Shown here piece by piece: positions 30,501 to 38,586 of a stretch of 64,000 nt of DNA. The position numbers and the translations under genes are program-made. The first letter of the stretch is position 1. Every line of letters starts with the position of its first letter. The stretch spans positions 62,001-126,000 of the IMG/VR virus record IMGVR_UViG_3300028393_000019; one strand, written 5' to 3'. The notes under the pieces are model-generated. The model worked only from the letters and a program-made list of their open reading frames with translations. It did no database searches and was not told the DNA's origin.

Positions 30501-31881
30501 TTTGTTTACAGCAGGCTCAGCCAGCACTCACGCTGCCGGCGCAGGTATTATACTAGTGGGACAAACAGCAACACCTAGTATCAGTCACTGGGGTAGTGCG
30601 TTCTTGCAAGACGGTGGTTTTGATACTGATCGTGGATACATTTTCAATTATCAAAGTATCAACACAACTATCAGTACACGTAAGACCACATCGTTTGCTA
30701 TCAGATTAGCACCTAGCGTGTCAAACGCTATAGTAGGCGACCTAGGCACACGTGACTTGATCAATCGTGCGCAGTTGTTGTTACAGGCGATTGAAATTAC
30801 TGTTGGTGGTTCAACCAACAGCAACTCAGCTGTGGTTATTGAAGGTATTTTAAACCCAAGTAACTATCCACTTAACCCAGCTACTGGTATTACTTGGAAC
30901 AGTTTGAACTCAACAGCTCTGCAAACTGGTCAGCCAAGTTTTAGTCAAATTGCCACTGGTACCAGTGTAACATTTGCCAACAGCAACACAGCATCTCCAA
31001 CAGCCAACATTGCTATATCAACAAGCGCAACAACATTACCAGTCAGTTCAATAGCCGGCATACTAGCAGGCGATGACGTATCAAGTGCAACCAGCACAGG
31101 TTTCTTGGGATTGACCAAAGTAACCGCTACTGGCACCAGCACTATAACATTTACTGGTACAACCGTAACTTCTAGTGCATTGGCCACAACCACTGGTGCT
31201 TACATCAGTGGTACTGTACTTTATGTGTTTGGTACTCCAACAGGTGGTACTTTTGCTGTAGGTAGTGTTCTAGGCGGCAACGGTGTGTTACCAGGCACAT
31301 TTATCACTGCGGTATTAACTGGTAGTGTTTCAACAGGTAACTCAACATTCAGTATCAGCCAAAGTCAGTCAGTTGGTAGTCAACAGAGTATAACCACAAT
31401 CACTGCACAGTTGTTTACCTTTGCACCTACAGCACCTACAGCGGCTATTCAAGTAGGTATGCAGTTAACAGGTGGTAGTGTAACTGCTGGCACATATGTA
31501 ACTCTACAGCTAACAGGTAGCGCAGGCGCCGCAGGTACTTACGCTGTTAATCAAACATTCAGCGGTACTCCAACTGGCGCTACAGCTAGCTTTATACAGA
31601 TTAATCAAGCATTGACCAGTACTGTCAACGCAGGTAGTGCAATAACAGTAAGTCGTAATACATATGCACAACCAGGTGAAACTGTATTCTCGTTCATTAG
31701 CTCACCAGCAAACAAAGACTCGCTAGATTTGACACCATTCAAGGAATTGACCAATACGCCAATCGGTGGCCGTGGTACATTCCCCAACGGTCCAGACGTG
31801 CTGTTCATCAATGTGTTCTTGACACAGGGTGCACCAGTGTTGGCCAACTTGGTTCTACGTTGGGGTGAAGCTCAAGCGTAA
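27562..31881 (+). CDS. Large virion structural/fibre protein (1439 aa), paralogue of 19638..26555
   Basis: Shared DADFEYGLQPTKW, YIRYQSGK, WYGAGFID, HWGSAF and RWGEAQA blocks. Confidence 0.85.
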   Translation: MAKAQLRQYVFNASTGAIEVPGKIDLQQLLVITDTTKNVILYNFADTTFTGTTVSFPRVNNTNFVTSLDNSDTSTIIQLNSAALSLITANSISSGDVLQILYEQPYQNIRMPEIGTDAFERTRTSNPQSMLDADFEYGLQPTKWLTYDLMRGYPSVYEVPGTDQSVTSVTTDASAGTGGVGESLITVTNSVTFPASWAVGTPITIKGYLNTVQGFARAEGSFLINTVNNNVLTYYAKAKVGTTNGDVLSSTYTQLRQGAFYTGSSVGTSTFTASAVSAVGTTSSGSITTAATTVTGSISGTLLTTSGGSPAIGQVLTGGGILPSTYIVSGSGSSWTISSSQTIASTTFTATTNTFTAAGTSSGFAVGQVLSGTGVATGTAIIVSGSSVAPGAFSGTGGNGTYAVLLYSNVTGITINGTTGLSTITVTFATNHGFVPGCTIISQIASDSGTNNHSLAQGPFFVESTPSLTTLTFTARASGQITGTPTGVIYSRPDAFYQHRPFDGGVMLGTGGPAHGSMAVRMSKKYIRYQSGKSINYNTGALMAPNYDIRSITATNTAITTFTTTTTGTIASGTLAITVTSAASAIVGQLISGTGIAVGSYIVAINSNTLTINIATLATINAGTTVTFTPGIQIITDDTDHGLQPGATINVLGVTTTGYSGTYTVGAIVDERSLIVAVTNVLGNTTGSINSPCTMQITGHWGATVRLGTFDEQNGQFWQWDGQQLAIGRRSSTFQIAGTVTATVDSNSVVGANSRFTSQLIAGDRVVIKGMTHVVTQVVSDTQIFVTPDYRGAVSASGIKMVKTIDRLIPQSQWNQDRCDGSGNGFNASGYNIIVNKMQMVGLQWTWYGAGFIDWMLRGPDGKYITVHRLRGNNLNTEAYMRSGNQPVRYEVVNEAARTSLSASAGSGDNTLSVTDVTYFPSASATYPAYCYVDNELISYTGRTLGATTQTVVNQQLTAGTLTGVSRAVAMPTYVAGTTRLFTAGSASTHAAGAGIILVGQTATPSISHWGSAFLQDGGFDTDRGYIFNYQSINTTISTRKTTSFAIRLAPSVSNAIVGDLGTRDLINRAQLLLQAIEITVGGSTNSNSAVVIEGILNPSNYPLNPATGITWNSLNSTALQTGQPSFSQIATGTSVTFANSNTASPTANIAISTSATTLPVSSIAGILAGDDVSSATSTGFLGLTKVTATGTSTITFTGTTVTSSALATTTGAYISGTVLYVFGTPTGGTFAVGSVLGGNGVLPGTFITAVLTGSVSTGNSTFSISQSQSVGSQQSITTITAQLFTFAPTAPTAAIQVGMQLTGGSVTAGTYVTLQLTGSAGAAGTYAVNQTFSGTPTGATASFIQINQALTSTVNAGSAITVSRNTYAQPGETVFSFISSPANKDSLDLTPFKELTNTPIGGRGTFPNGPDVLFINVFLTQGAPVLANLVLRWGEAQA

Positions 31882-31893
31882 TCTAAATGTAAC

Positions 31894-31922
31894 AAAAAAG
31901 CACCTTTCGAGGTGCTTTTTTT
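31894..31922 (+). terminator. Intrinsic terminator (potentially bidirectional)
   Basis: AAAAAAGCACCT-TTCG-AGGTGCTTTTTTT. Confidence 0.9.
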
Positions 31923-31943
31923 GTGACCTATTTTAAATACTGT

Positions 31944-32189
31944 ATGAGGAATTATTTTCCGGATACACACAACTTTGAATATATCGCAGATATTCAATGG
32001 CCTGGATGCGTCGGTGAGCAATTAGACTGGGTTTCAGGTATAGTAAGTGTGGAACAATGGCTACTCAGCTACACTGGCCCCAAATACCAACGCTGGGCAT
32101 GGAACATGGCTACAGAATGTTATCATGTGTCAGTGGCCTTCAAATACGACAAGCATCGTACCCTCTTCCTTATCAACTGGATACAATAA
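31944..32189 (+). CDS. Small hypothetical protein (F..D..x.F.LxW family)
   Basis: ATG after TAAATA at 31934; ends VAFKYDKHRTLFLINWIQ. Confidence 0.65.
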   Translation: MRNYFPDTHNFEYIADIQWPGCVGEQLDWVSGIVSVEQWLLSYTGPKYQRWAWNMATECYHVSVAFKYDKHRTLFLINWIQ

Positions 32190-32196
32190 CTGTATT

Positions 32197-32295
32197 CGCG
32201 AAGCGGACGCTAAATTTTTTACGCGAAGCGGCAGCGGTAAATTACAGGTTACTACGCGAAGCGTAGCGGCAAACGCAAGTTCCGATAGCGGACGC
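32197..32295. repeat. Cluster of three CGCGAAGCG mini-hairpin repeats
   Basis: Copies at 32197, 32222 and 32255; AGCGGACGC at 32202 and 32287. Confidence 0.8.
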
Positions 32296-32368
32296 CTCCT
32301 CGTGGCCTCTTCATTCTCAGGGCTGTTTAAAACTAACTGTACAGTTCAGGCCTGGAGATAAATATCAT

Positions 32369-32743
32369 ATGCAAATAAAAGACATCATCGGCGAAAACTG
32401 GGCCAACAATGCACATTTAGGTGCCGGCAGTGAACGAGCCCAAGATCAACGCTTGTTGGAAAAACAGCCCAAACGCCGCAAGTCCAAAGTGCGCGAAGGT
32501 CTATTGCCCGTACAACCTGTGTTGGCTGCCATACGCATGTTCAATCGCAAACGTGAAGCATATGAGCTGTTTACTAGACCATTTGCATCAGCAGAAGAAG
32601 CCACAGCATGGGTCAACAAGAACAATGCAGAACTGCATAGTCTAACACCAGCCAAACCCACCGCACAGCCTCAAAGTCCTGCTGATCTACAAAATATGAC
32701 ACAACAGATACAGACAGCACGTAAAATAGGCGACAGCCGCTAA
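32369..32743 (+). CDS. Hypothetical, possible internal head protein
   Basis: GATAAATA upstream; N-terminus MQIKDIIGEN. Confidence 0.7.
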   Translation: MQIKDIIGENWANNAHLGAGSERAQDQRLLEKQPKRRKSKVREGLLPVQPVLAAIRMFNRKREAYELFTRPFASAEEATAWVNKNNAELHSLTPAKPTAQPQSPADLQNMTQQIQTARKIGDSR

Positions 32744-32756
32744 CCAAGTATACCCC

Positions 32757-33602
32757 ATGACCAAGACCCTAAGAGACTATATCCAAGAAGCTGAGCGCAA
32801 ACGCAAACCCACAGATTCTTCCGATGCGGCCAAGCCCACACAAGAGCGTGATCCGTTCAGTGCATTTGATAACCTATTTGGAGATCAACCTGATCAACCC
32901 CTGGTCAATCGACCTGCAGAGCCAGGAGCCGATGAACCCGGCGCTCAAGCTCCTAGTCATGACCCCCGAACCAATCGTGCTGGTCAAAGTCGTACACAGC
33001 AGGCCACTGGCGGCATACATCATCCGGGCATGCGTGACATGCTGAGTCGACTGCGTGACATAGAAGGTGATCCCGATGATCCTGGTTATCCAGTTCCGGA
33101 TCAAGAAGCTGAAAATCAAATTGTACAGCATGTCAACACTGAAAACTTGCCCGCAGTAGCTGGTCAAGCACTCACAGCAGGCGGTGTACAAAATCCCGAA
33201 TTCCATCAAGTGGCCAACTTGCCCGGCAATATGAATCGTGCCATACGCACACTGGGACGTCACCTGTTTGCATCAATGACTCGTACTCCAACTGATCGTA
33301 TTTGGATGATAGCAAACCTAGATGGACAAGGTCCCAACACTCCGCAAGAAGTCAATGCAGTAGCCGGTTGGTTACGTGACAATGGAGATGATCTAGGTGA
33401 TGGTGACATAGATTTTGCACAGAGCATGCCCGGATATACCGCAGACATACATCAGTATTCAGCCAACGGAATACGCTGGCTGTTGGTGCATGATCAGTTT
33501 GGACACTACATATATTCATGGCCCGAGAACGAAAGTACAGACAATCGTGCCGCTCCCGAACTAGGCCACGCTCGACCACATCGCAGTTTACTGGGCAGAT
33601 AA
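32757..33602 (+). CDS. Hypothetical, possible internal head protein
   Basis: 281-aa ORF; N-terminus MTKTLRDYIQEA. Confidence 0.8.
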   Translation: MTKTLRDYIQEAERKRKPTDSSDAAKPTQERDPFSAFDNLFGDQPDQPLVNRPAEPGADEPGAQAPSHDPRTNRAGQSRTQQATGGIHHPGMRDMLSRLRDIEGDPDDPGYPVPDQEAENQIVQHVNTENLPAVAGQALTAGGVQNPEFHQVANLPGNMNRAIRTLGRHLFASMTRTPTDRIWMIANLDGQGPNTPQEVNAVAGWLRDNGDDLGDGDIDFAQSMPGYTADIHQYSANGIRWLLVHDQFGHYIYSWPENESTDNRAAPELGHARPHRSLLGR

Positions 33603-33609
33603 ATACATC

Positions 33610-34479
33610 ATGAGCATACAACTATTCAGCCAACTGTGCGAACAGATCATTACCGAAGCCAGTTCAGCACTGACCTTACTGGGCACACATCCCGGCGCTG
33701 CCGCAGTTATTAAAAAACTGCACGGTGATCAAGCATTGAGCCACAATCAAGACTTTGGCAAGATCACCAAGATCAGCTGGAGCGATCTAAAAAATCGTTT
33801 TCCCAAAGGTTGGGTCTTGGTCACTGGCCCCAAAGGATCTGGTGCCATACAAGCACGTAACGGCAACTATGAAGCACTGGCATCAACTGGTGCAGACCCC
33901 GTGGGATTCAACGATTCCAAGGGCGGCAATGTGCTGGACTTTCTACAGGGACAGCTAGGCGGCAAGTGGGAAAAGTACTCCTACTGGATCGGCACAGAAA
34001 ACAAGTACGCCAGCAACAAGCGCAACGATCGCAAACAAGCGGCTCCCAAACAGCAGTCAATGAATCAAGAAACACTGATGAACAAGTTCCGTCCCCTATG
34101 GGCCAAGAGCATGCAGGCAGCCATTGCAGACGGCAAGGGCATGGCCGGAGTCATGTTGAAAAACGATGCGTTTGAAAAAGTTGAAAAGAAACTCAAACAA
34201 CTACAGTATCTACAGCGCGGACTAGATGAATTGGAATCAGGCAACAAAGAACCACCAGACTGGATCAAGGGTGCCATCAACTCAGCAATCTTGATGAGTG
34301 CGGCCTACTATTATCCCGAAGAAACTGGTGAAATTACTCGTAGCCGTTACGGCGGAGCCAGCTATTCCAGTGAACGTCATGAGGGCGCACAAAAATTACT
34401 ACAGGATCTCAGCAACGGTGACACAGCCAAGTTGGGCACAGTGTTGGGATTCTTCAAACGGAGTTTGATTTCAGGATGA
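33610..34479 (+). CDS. Hypothetical virion-associated protein
   Basis: GATAAATA upstream; 289 aa; ...IITEA N-terminus. Confidence 0.8.
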   Translation: MSIQLFSQLCEQIITEASSALTLLGTHPGAAAVIKKLHGDQALSHNQDFGKITKISWSDLKNRFPKGWVLVTGPKGSGAIQARNGNYEALASTGADPVGFNDSKGGNVLDFLQGQLGGKWEKYSYWIGTENKYASNKRNDRKQAAPKQQSMNQETLMNKFRPLWAKSMQAAIADGKGMAGVMLKNDAFEKVEKKLKQLQYLQRGLDELESGNKEPPDWIKGAINSAILMSAAYYYPEETGEITRSRYGGASYSSERHEGAQKLLQDLSNGDTAKLGTVLGFFKRSLISG

Positions 34480-36740
34480 AAACCCTAGACCTAATTAAAG
34501 AAGCCAACGTGGCAGCCAAGATTCGAGATCCTGGCATGATCAAGAAGATCTACATAGCCATGACCAATGATGGCTCAGTACCCAAGGCCGCACTGGCACG
34601 TCTAGGCGTGCGTCCCACTCCCGAACAAGCACTACAGCTATGGAGCCAGCTACTAGATGGTGCATTGAGTAGCACACGCTACGGTGATGTGTCAGCAGAC
34701 GGCAAGTTTGACGAATGGCTCACACGCTTGTACACCAACGGACAAGCAGACTACGAAGACATATCAGGCGAAGGTGGTGACGCACTGGGTGCTTGGAAAG
34801 CACTGAGTATTCGCGGCAAACTAGCGCCAGAACACCAGGATTTCAACAAGTTCCGCAGTATCAAGAACATACAACAGATCATTAACAAGCAGAACTATCG
34901 CGAAGAACTGCGCCGTATTGCCGATGCTGAAGTTATTGAAAAGCACAAGCGTGAGCGCAAAGAAGTTGTGCTGATCGATGATAGTCGTTTTCTAGTGGTG
35001 TTGCCCTTGAACTACGGTGCTTGCTACACATTCAACAATTCAGCTGGCTACCAGGCCAACTTTTGCACAGGCTCAAGCAGTGGTCTGCGTTGGTTCCAAA
35101 ACTACGCACCCGATGGTCCTGTTATCTCAGTAACAGACAAGACCAACATGGAGCATGTGGAAGGCAAGTGGCAACTGCATGCTCAGACACGTCAGATTGT
35201 GGACGCAGATCAAACTCGTCGACATGATACTCAATGGAATGACGAGCGTTTTAGCAAGCTGTTCCCGGGTTTGATGAAGGCCATTGGCTCAGCCATGATG
35301 GCCAAAGCAGAAGAACTGCATGAGGGTAGCAAAGAGCTGACCAACGGCAAGGGCTATGATGTGGCCAAAGACGTGGGCGATCTACAAAAGACCTATCCAC
35401 TAAGCTGGGCCAGTGAGCCAGAAAAATCGGAAGAAACTCCGGATCAAGGTCCAGGCACTTATCTAGTAACACACACTCCCACTGGTAGAACAGCTCGTAT
35501 AGAAGGTGAATCAGCGGAAGATGTCAAGGCCAAACTGCAGGCTCGACACCCCACTGCCAACATGGAAGAGTTTACATTTGTGCTAGATCAGCCTGCTCAG
35601 CAACAACCGGCCAACGATCAACAGGCCGAGCCACCACAGGCAGTGGCTGAAAGTTGGGCACAAAAGATGGCCGAACATGCACTATTGAAACTGGTACCAA
35701 AGAAAAAGACCCTAACAGAAGAAACATTTAATCAGGCCTACGCCGCGGCCAAAGCCAGTGGTCTAACACAGTTTAAATGGAATGGCGGAACTTATGGCGT
35801 GGCTGCTCCGGCAGCAACCAACAGTGGGCCACACCCCGTAGCTCGTCCAGCTGTGGCACCAGCTCCGGTAGCTTCCAATCCAGCTGCCAGCATATATCAA
35901 ACATTGACAGCACAGCCAGCACCCAGCGCCACTGCTGCCGATCCATCAACAGCACAGCCCACAGTCAATATACCGGCAGCCACTGCAGAACCTGCTCCAG
36001 CACCCGAAGGTGACTATCAAGCACCACGCACAGCTCCCGGTCCTGCTCCAGCACCCGAAGGTGACTATCAAGCACCACGTACTGCTCCTACGCTGACACC
36101 ACAACAACAAGCACAGAACGTAATGAGTCCTGGTTCAGCCACTGCTACAAAAGGCCCAAATCCCAACATAAACAACGCCACGAGAGCCAAGGCTGCCAAA
36201 CAGATCAAGGGAACCCAACAGGTAGACCCAGCGGACGGCAGTATCACTATAGGCAATCAAAAGCGTATAGGTGGAAATATAAACTGGCGAGCAAACAATC
36301 CCGGAAACAACATGATGAGCCCGTTGGCCCAGCAGTATGGAGCAGTGGGTTATATTGTAGCCGGAGACAAAGAACCAGTGGCCATCATGCCCAACCTAGA
36401 AGCAGGCACCAAATTGCAAATGGCACAATGGCGCATGCCCAAGTACAACAATCTCACTATAGATCAAGGTTGCCAATTGTGGGCTGTGGCCAACAGGGGC
36501 ATACGCGGCACAGACTATGCTAAAGATCTAGCCAGGGCGGCAGGTGCTACCATAGACACTCCTGTAAAAGATTTATCTGACGAACAACTACGCAAGATGT
36601 GTTTGAAACAGGGACATTGGGAAGGCGGTCCAAACACTGTTCAAGTAGTGGCTGCCAACACACCAACTAATCCCACACAAGCAGTGGGTGAAAGTTGGGC
36701 TCAAAGGATGGCCAACACAGCCTTGCTCAAGGTGGTTTAA
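34476..36740 (+). CDS. Multidomain protein: PcfJ-like region, Pro/Ala linker, C-terminal NNPGN (lysozyme-like) domain
   Basis: ANFCTG..WFQNY..GP segment; C-terminus aligns by eye with 60706..61317. Confidence 0.7.
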   Translation: MKTLDLIKEANVAAKIRDPGMIKKIYIAMTNDGSVPKAALARLGVRPTPEQALQLWSQLLDGALSSTRYGDVSADGKFDEWLTRLYTNGQADYEDISGEGGDALGAWKALSIRGKLAPEHQDFNKFRSIKNIQQIINKQNYREELRRIADAEVIEKHKRERKEVVLIDDSRFLVVLPLNYGACYTFNNSAGYQANFCTGSSSGLRWFQNYAPDGPVISVTDKTNMEHVEGKWQLHAQTRQIVDADQTRRHDTQWNDERFSKLFPGLMKAIGSAMMAKAEELHEGSKELTNGKGYDVAKDVGDLQKTYPLSWASEPEKSEETPDQGPGTYLVTHTPTGRTARIEGESAEDVKAKLQARHPTANMEEFTFVLDQPAQQQPANDQQAEPPQAVAESWAQKMAEHALLKLVPKKKTLTEETFNQAYAAAKASGLTQFKWNGGTYGVAAPAATNSGPHPVARPAVAPAPVASNPAASIYQTLTAQPAPSATAADPSTAQPTVNIPAATAEPAPAPEGDYQAPRTAPGPAPAPEGDYQAPRTAPTLTPQQQAQNVMSPGSATATKGPNPNINNATRAKAAKQIKGTQQVDPADGSITIGNQKRIGGNINWRANNPGNNMMSPLAQQYGAVGYIVAGDKEPVAIMPNLEAGTKLQMAQWRMPKYNNLTIDQGCQLWAVANRGIRGTDYAKDLARAAGATIDTPVKDLSDEQLRKMCLKQGHWEGGPNTVQVVAANTPTNPTQAVGESWAQRMANTALLKVV
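35991..36079 (+). repeat. Direct repeat, 2 x 38 nt (PAPAPEGDYQAPR)
   Basis: cctgctccagcacccgaaggtgactatcaagcaccacg at 35991 and 36042. Confidence 0.9.
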
Positions 36741-36741
36741 C

Positions 36742-37341
36742 ATGCGAGCACGTGAGTTTGTGATTGACGGTGCTGATCCTGTAAAAAATGCAGTGGGTGC
36801 GGCACTGCCCACAGCAGTCAGTAATATTGCGCCCGAGTTTCTCAAACGATATCCCCAACTGGCACAGGTGGCCGCGTTGAGTCCCTATGCGGCACAGATA
36901 GTACAACAGTTGGCCACAAGACAGCCGACCCAGGCAGCTGTGACTGCACTACAGAATTTTGTGCCTAGTTTTCCGGGAATCCCACGAGAAATAGGCGACC
37001 TACTGAGTCATTGGAGCAACACAGGCACTGTTCGCGGTGTGGCTGGACATTTGGTGGGAGACGCAGTGGCTGCCGCGGGAGCCGTGCCCACTGCACTGAG
37101 CTTGCCTTATATGATGGCCGGACAAGAGCAGGAAAAGATCAATGCAGATCTATGGAATCCTATCTACAACACCAATCCCTATGCTCAACAACAGCGCAGT
37201 CGAGCACAAGGCGGCACACAAACACAAGGTCAAGCTGGTGCACAAAATGCCAGGAACGCAGTGCGCACACAGTCAACTACAGCTAATCCCATGCCGGGCA
37301 CTCCGGAGTTTGCACAGTTACAACAGCAGTATCAACGCTGA
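36742..37341 (+). CDS. Hypothetical Ala/Gln-rich protein
   Basis: Start moved to ATG 36742 (MRAREFVID). Confidence 0.75.
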   Translation: MRAREFVIDGADPVKNAVGAALPTAVSNIAPEFLKRYPQLAQVAALSPYAAQIVQQLATRQPTQAAVTALQNFVPSFPGIPREIGDLLSHWSNTGTVRGVAGHLVGDAVAAAGAVPTALSLPYMMAGQEQEKINADLWNPIYNTNPYAQQQRSRAQGGTQTQGQAGAQNARNAVRTQSTTANPMPGTPEFAQLQQQYQR

Positions 37342-37342
37342 T

Positions 37343-37552
37343 CTAAAACTCAAAAAATCTGTGGGGCCACTGTAGGTACATCCAATTGAGATATCTACGA
37401 GCAGATTCCGCCACATATACTATGTGAAATTCATATTCCTGGCTTTGAAACTGCCAACATTCCTTGCGTAGATCCAACTGATGCTGTTGACAGTATGCTG
37501 TTATCGCCTGTAGTTCAGGGCTGTCTTGGGGAATTGTGATCAAGATGCGCAT
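37343..37552 (-). CDS. Small hypothetical protein
   Basis: 69-aa ORF convergent with the late block. Confidence 0.6.
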   Translation of the reverse strand: MRILITIPQDSPELQAITAYCQQHQLDLRKECWQFQSQEYEFHIVYVAESARRYLNWMYLQWPHRFFEF

Positions 37553-37629
37553 CTAGTATTTAGACCCTGAAAGGGTTCAAGCGGCAAAAAATTTCTAGCG
37601 TAAAAAAAATTGGCCAAGTACTTACGCAA

Positions 37630-37854
37630 TCAGTAGAAGGTTTTTTTGGGCAAGCCAGTTGCTGTGTCCAAACTGGGATCTACTCTAGGACAACAGTGAC
37701 CAAAGCGTAGCTGAAACTCAGTGTATACAGCACCTGCGGGAACCCAAAAACGTGTGCGATTGAGATGCGTTTCCGTCACCAGTTTGTGATCAGTTATCCA
37801 ACGTAACACAGAACTGAAGTTGGGATCCAGCGTAAGCACATAGTACTCGTTCAC
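37630..37854 (-). CDS. Small hypothetical protein
   Basis: 74-aa ORF. Confidence 0.65.
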   Translation of the reverse strand: MNEYYVLTLDPNFSSVLRWITDHKLVTETHLNRTRFWVPAGAVYTEFQLRFGHCCPRVDPSLDTATGLPKKTFY

Positions 37855-37856
37855 GG

Positions 37857-38135
37857 TTAAACTATGCCGGGTTTATACTCTATGCAGTAAGCACATATGG
37901 CCATTACAACGACTAGGACAAGCCATGCCCATTTGCTGATAACTCCTTCATCTGAGTATCTACAGTAGTAACAGTCCATGTCTGGGTCGTAATGATAGAT
38001 TTTACCGTTGCGAGTTATAGTTTCATTATATAGATCATTCATAGAGTTACCTGTAGATGGTAGGTTAAAGACACGTCCTGTATGCATATTGAGCCATTCT
38101 GTGTCACTTAACTGCTTGTAGTCTTCTGAGTTCAT
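37857..38135 (-). CDS. Small membrane-anchored protein
   Basis: C-terminal hydrophobic helix. Confidence 0.65.
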   Translation of the reverse strand: MNSEDYKQLSDTEWLNMHTGRVFNLPSTGNSMNDLYNETITRNGKIYHYDPDMDCYYCRYSDEGVISKWAWLVLVVVMAICAYCIEYKPGIV

Positions 38136-38136
38136 A

Positions 38137-38343
38137 CTAGTGTTTCCTTAGATTAGCGCATATACCCGCGATAAGCGCATTGGGATTTGCACTATTGGCA
38201 TTGATACGCTCAATATCTTCTACAGCTACAGTATATAGCTCATGACGCTGAGCCAGTAGATAAAAACGATCTCTAAGCGTGGTAGCTTGAAATACACTGA
38301 CAACAGCGCCTATAATGCGAGCTAGAATGCGGGAATAGTCCAT
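38137..38343 (-). CDS. Small hypothetical protein
   Basis: 68-aa ORF; CTATATAC just upstream. Confidence 0.6.
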   Translation of the reverse strand: MDYSRILARIIGAVVSVFQATTLRDRFYLLAQRHELYTVAVEDIERINANSANPNALIAGICANLRKH

Positions 38344-38543
38344 ACAGTATATAGCACCCGAATGGGTCCTGTGGGTCTATTTCAGATTCGCGTAAAAAAT
38401 TATAAAGAAGTACTTACAGTTTTATGGTGGTGAAAATACTTCGGTACCCATGCGCTACTAGCTATGTTAGTGTGTACTTACATGTATAGCCCCTCACCCC
38501 TCTGTGTCGAGATGAATGCCATTCGGTCGCCGGTCGAGAGAAG

Positions 38544-38586
38544 AAAAAAAATCCCCACCACCGGGAGCGAATCGGATAGTGAGGAT
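38544..38586 (-). terminator. Intrinsic terminator whose loop is AUUCGCUCC
   Basis: 13-bp stem with 2 G.U pairs and one bulge, followed by a U-tract. Confidence 0.8.
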
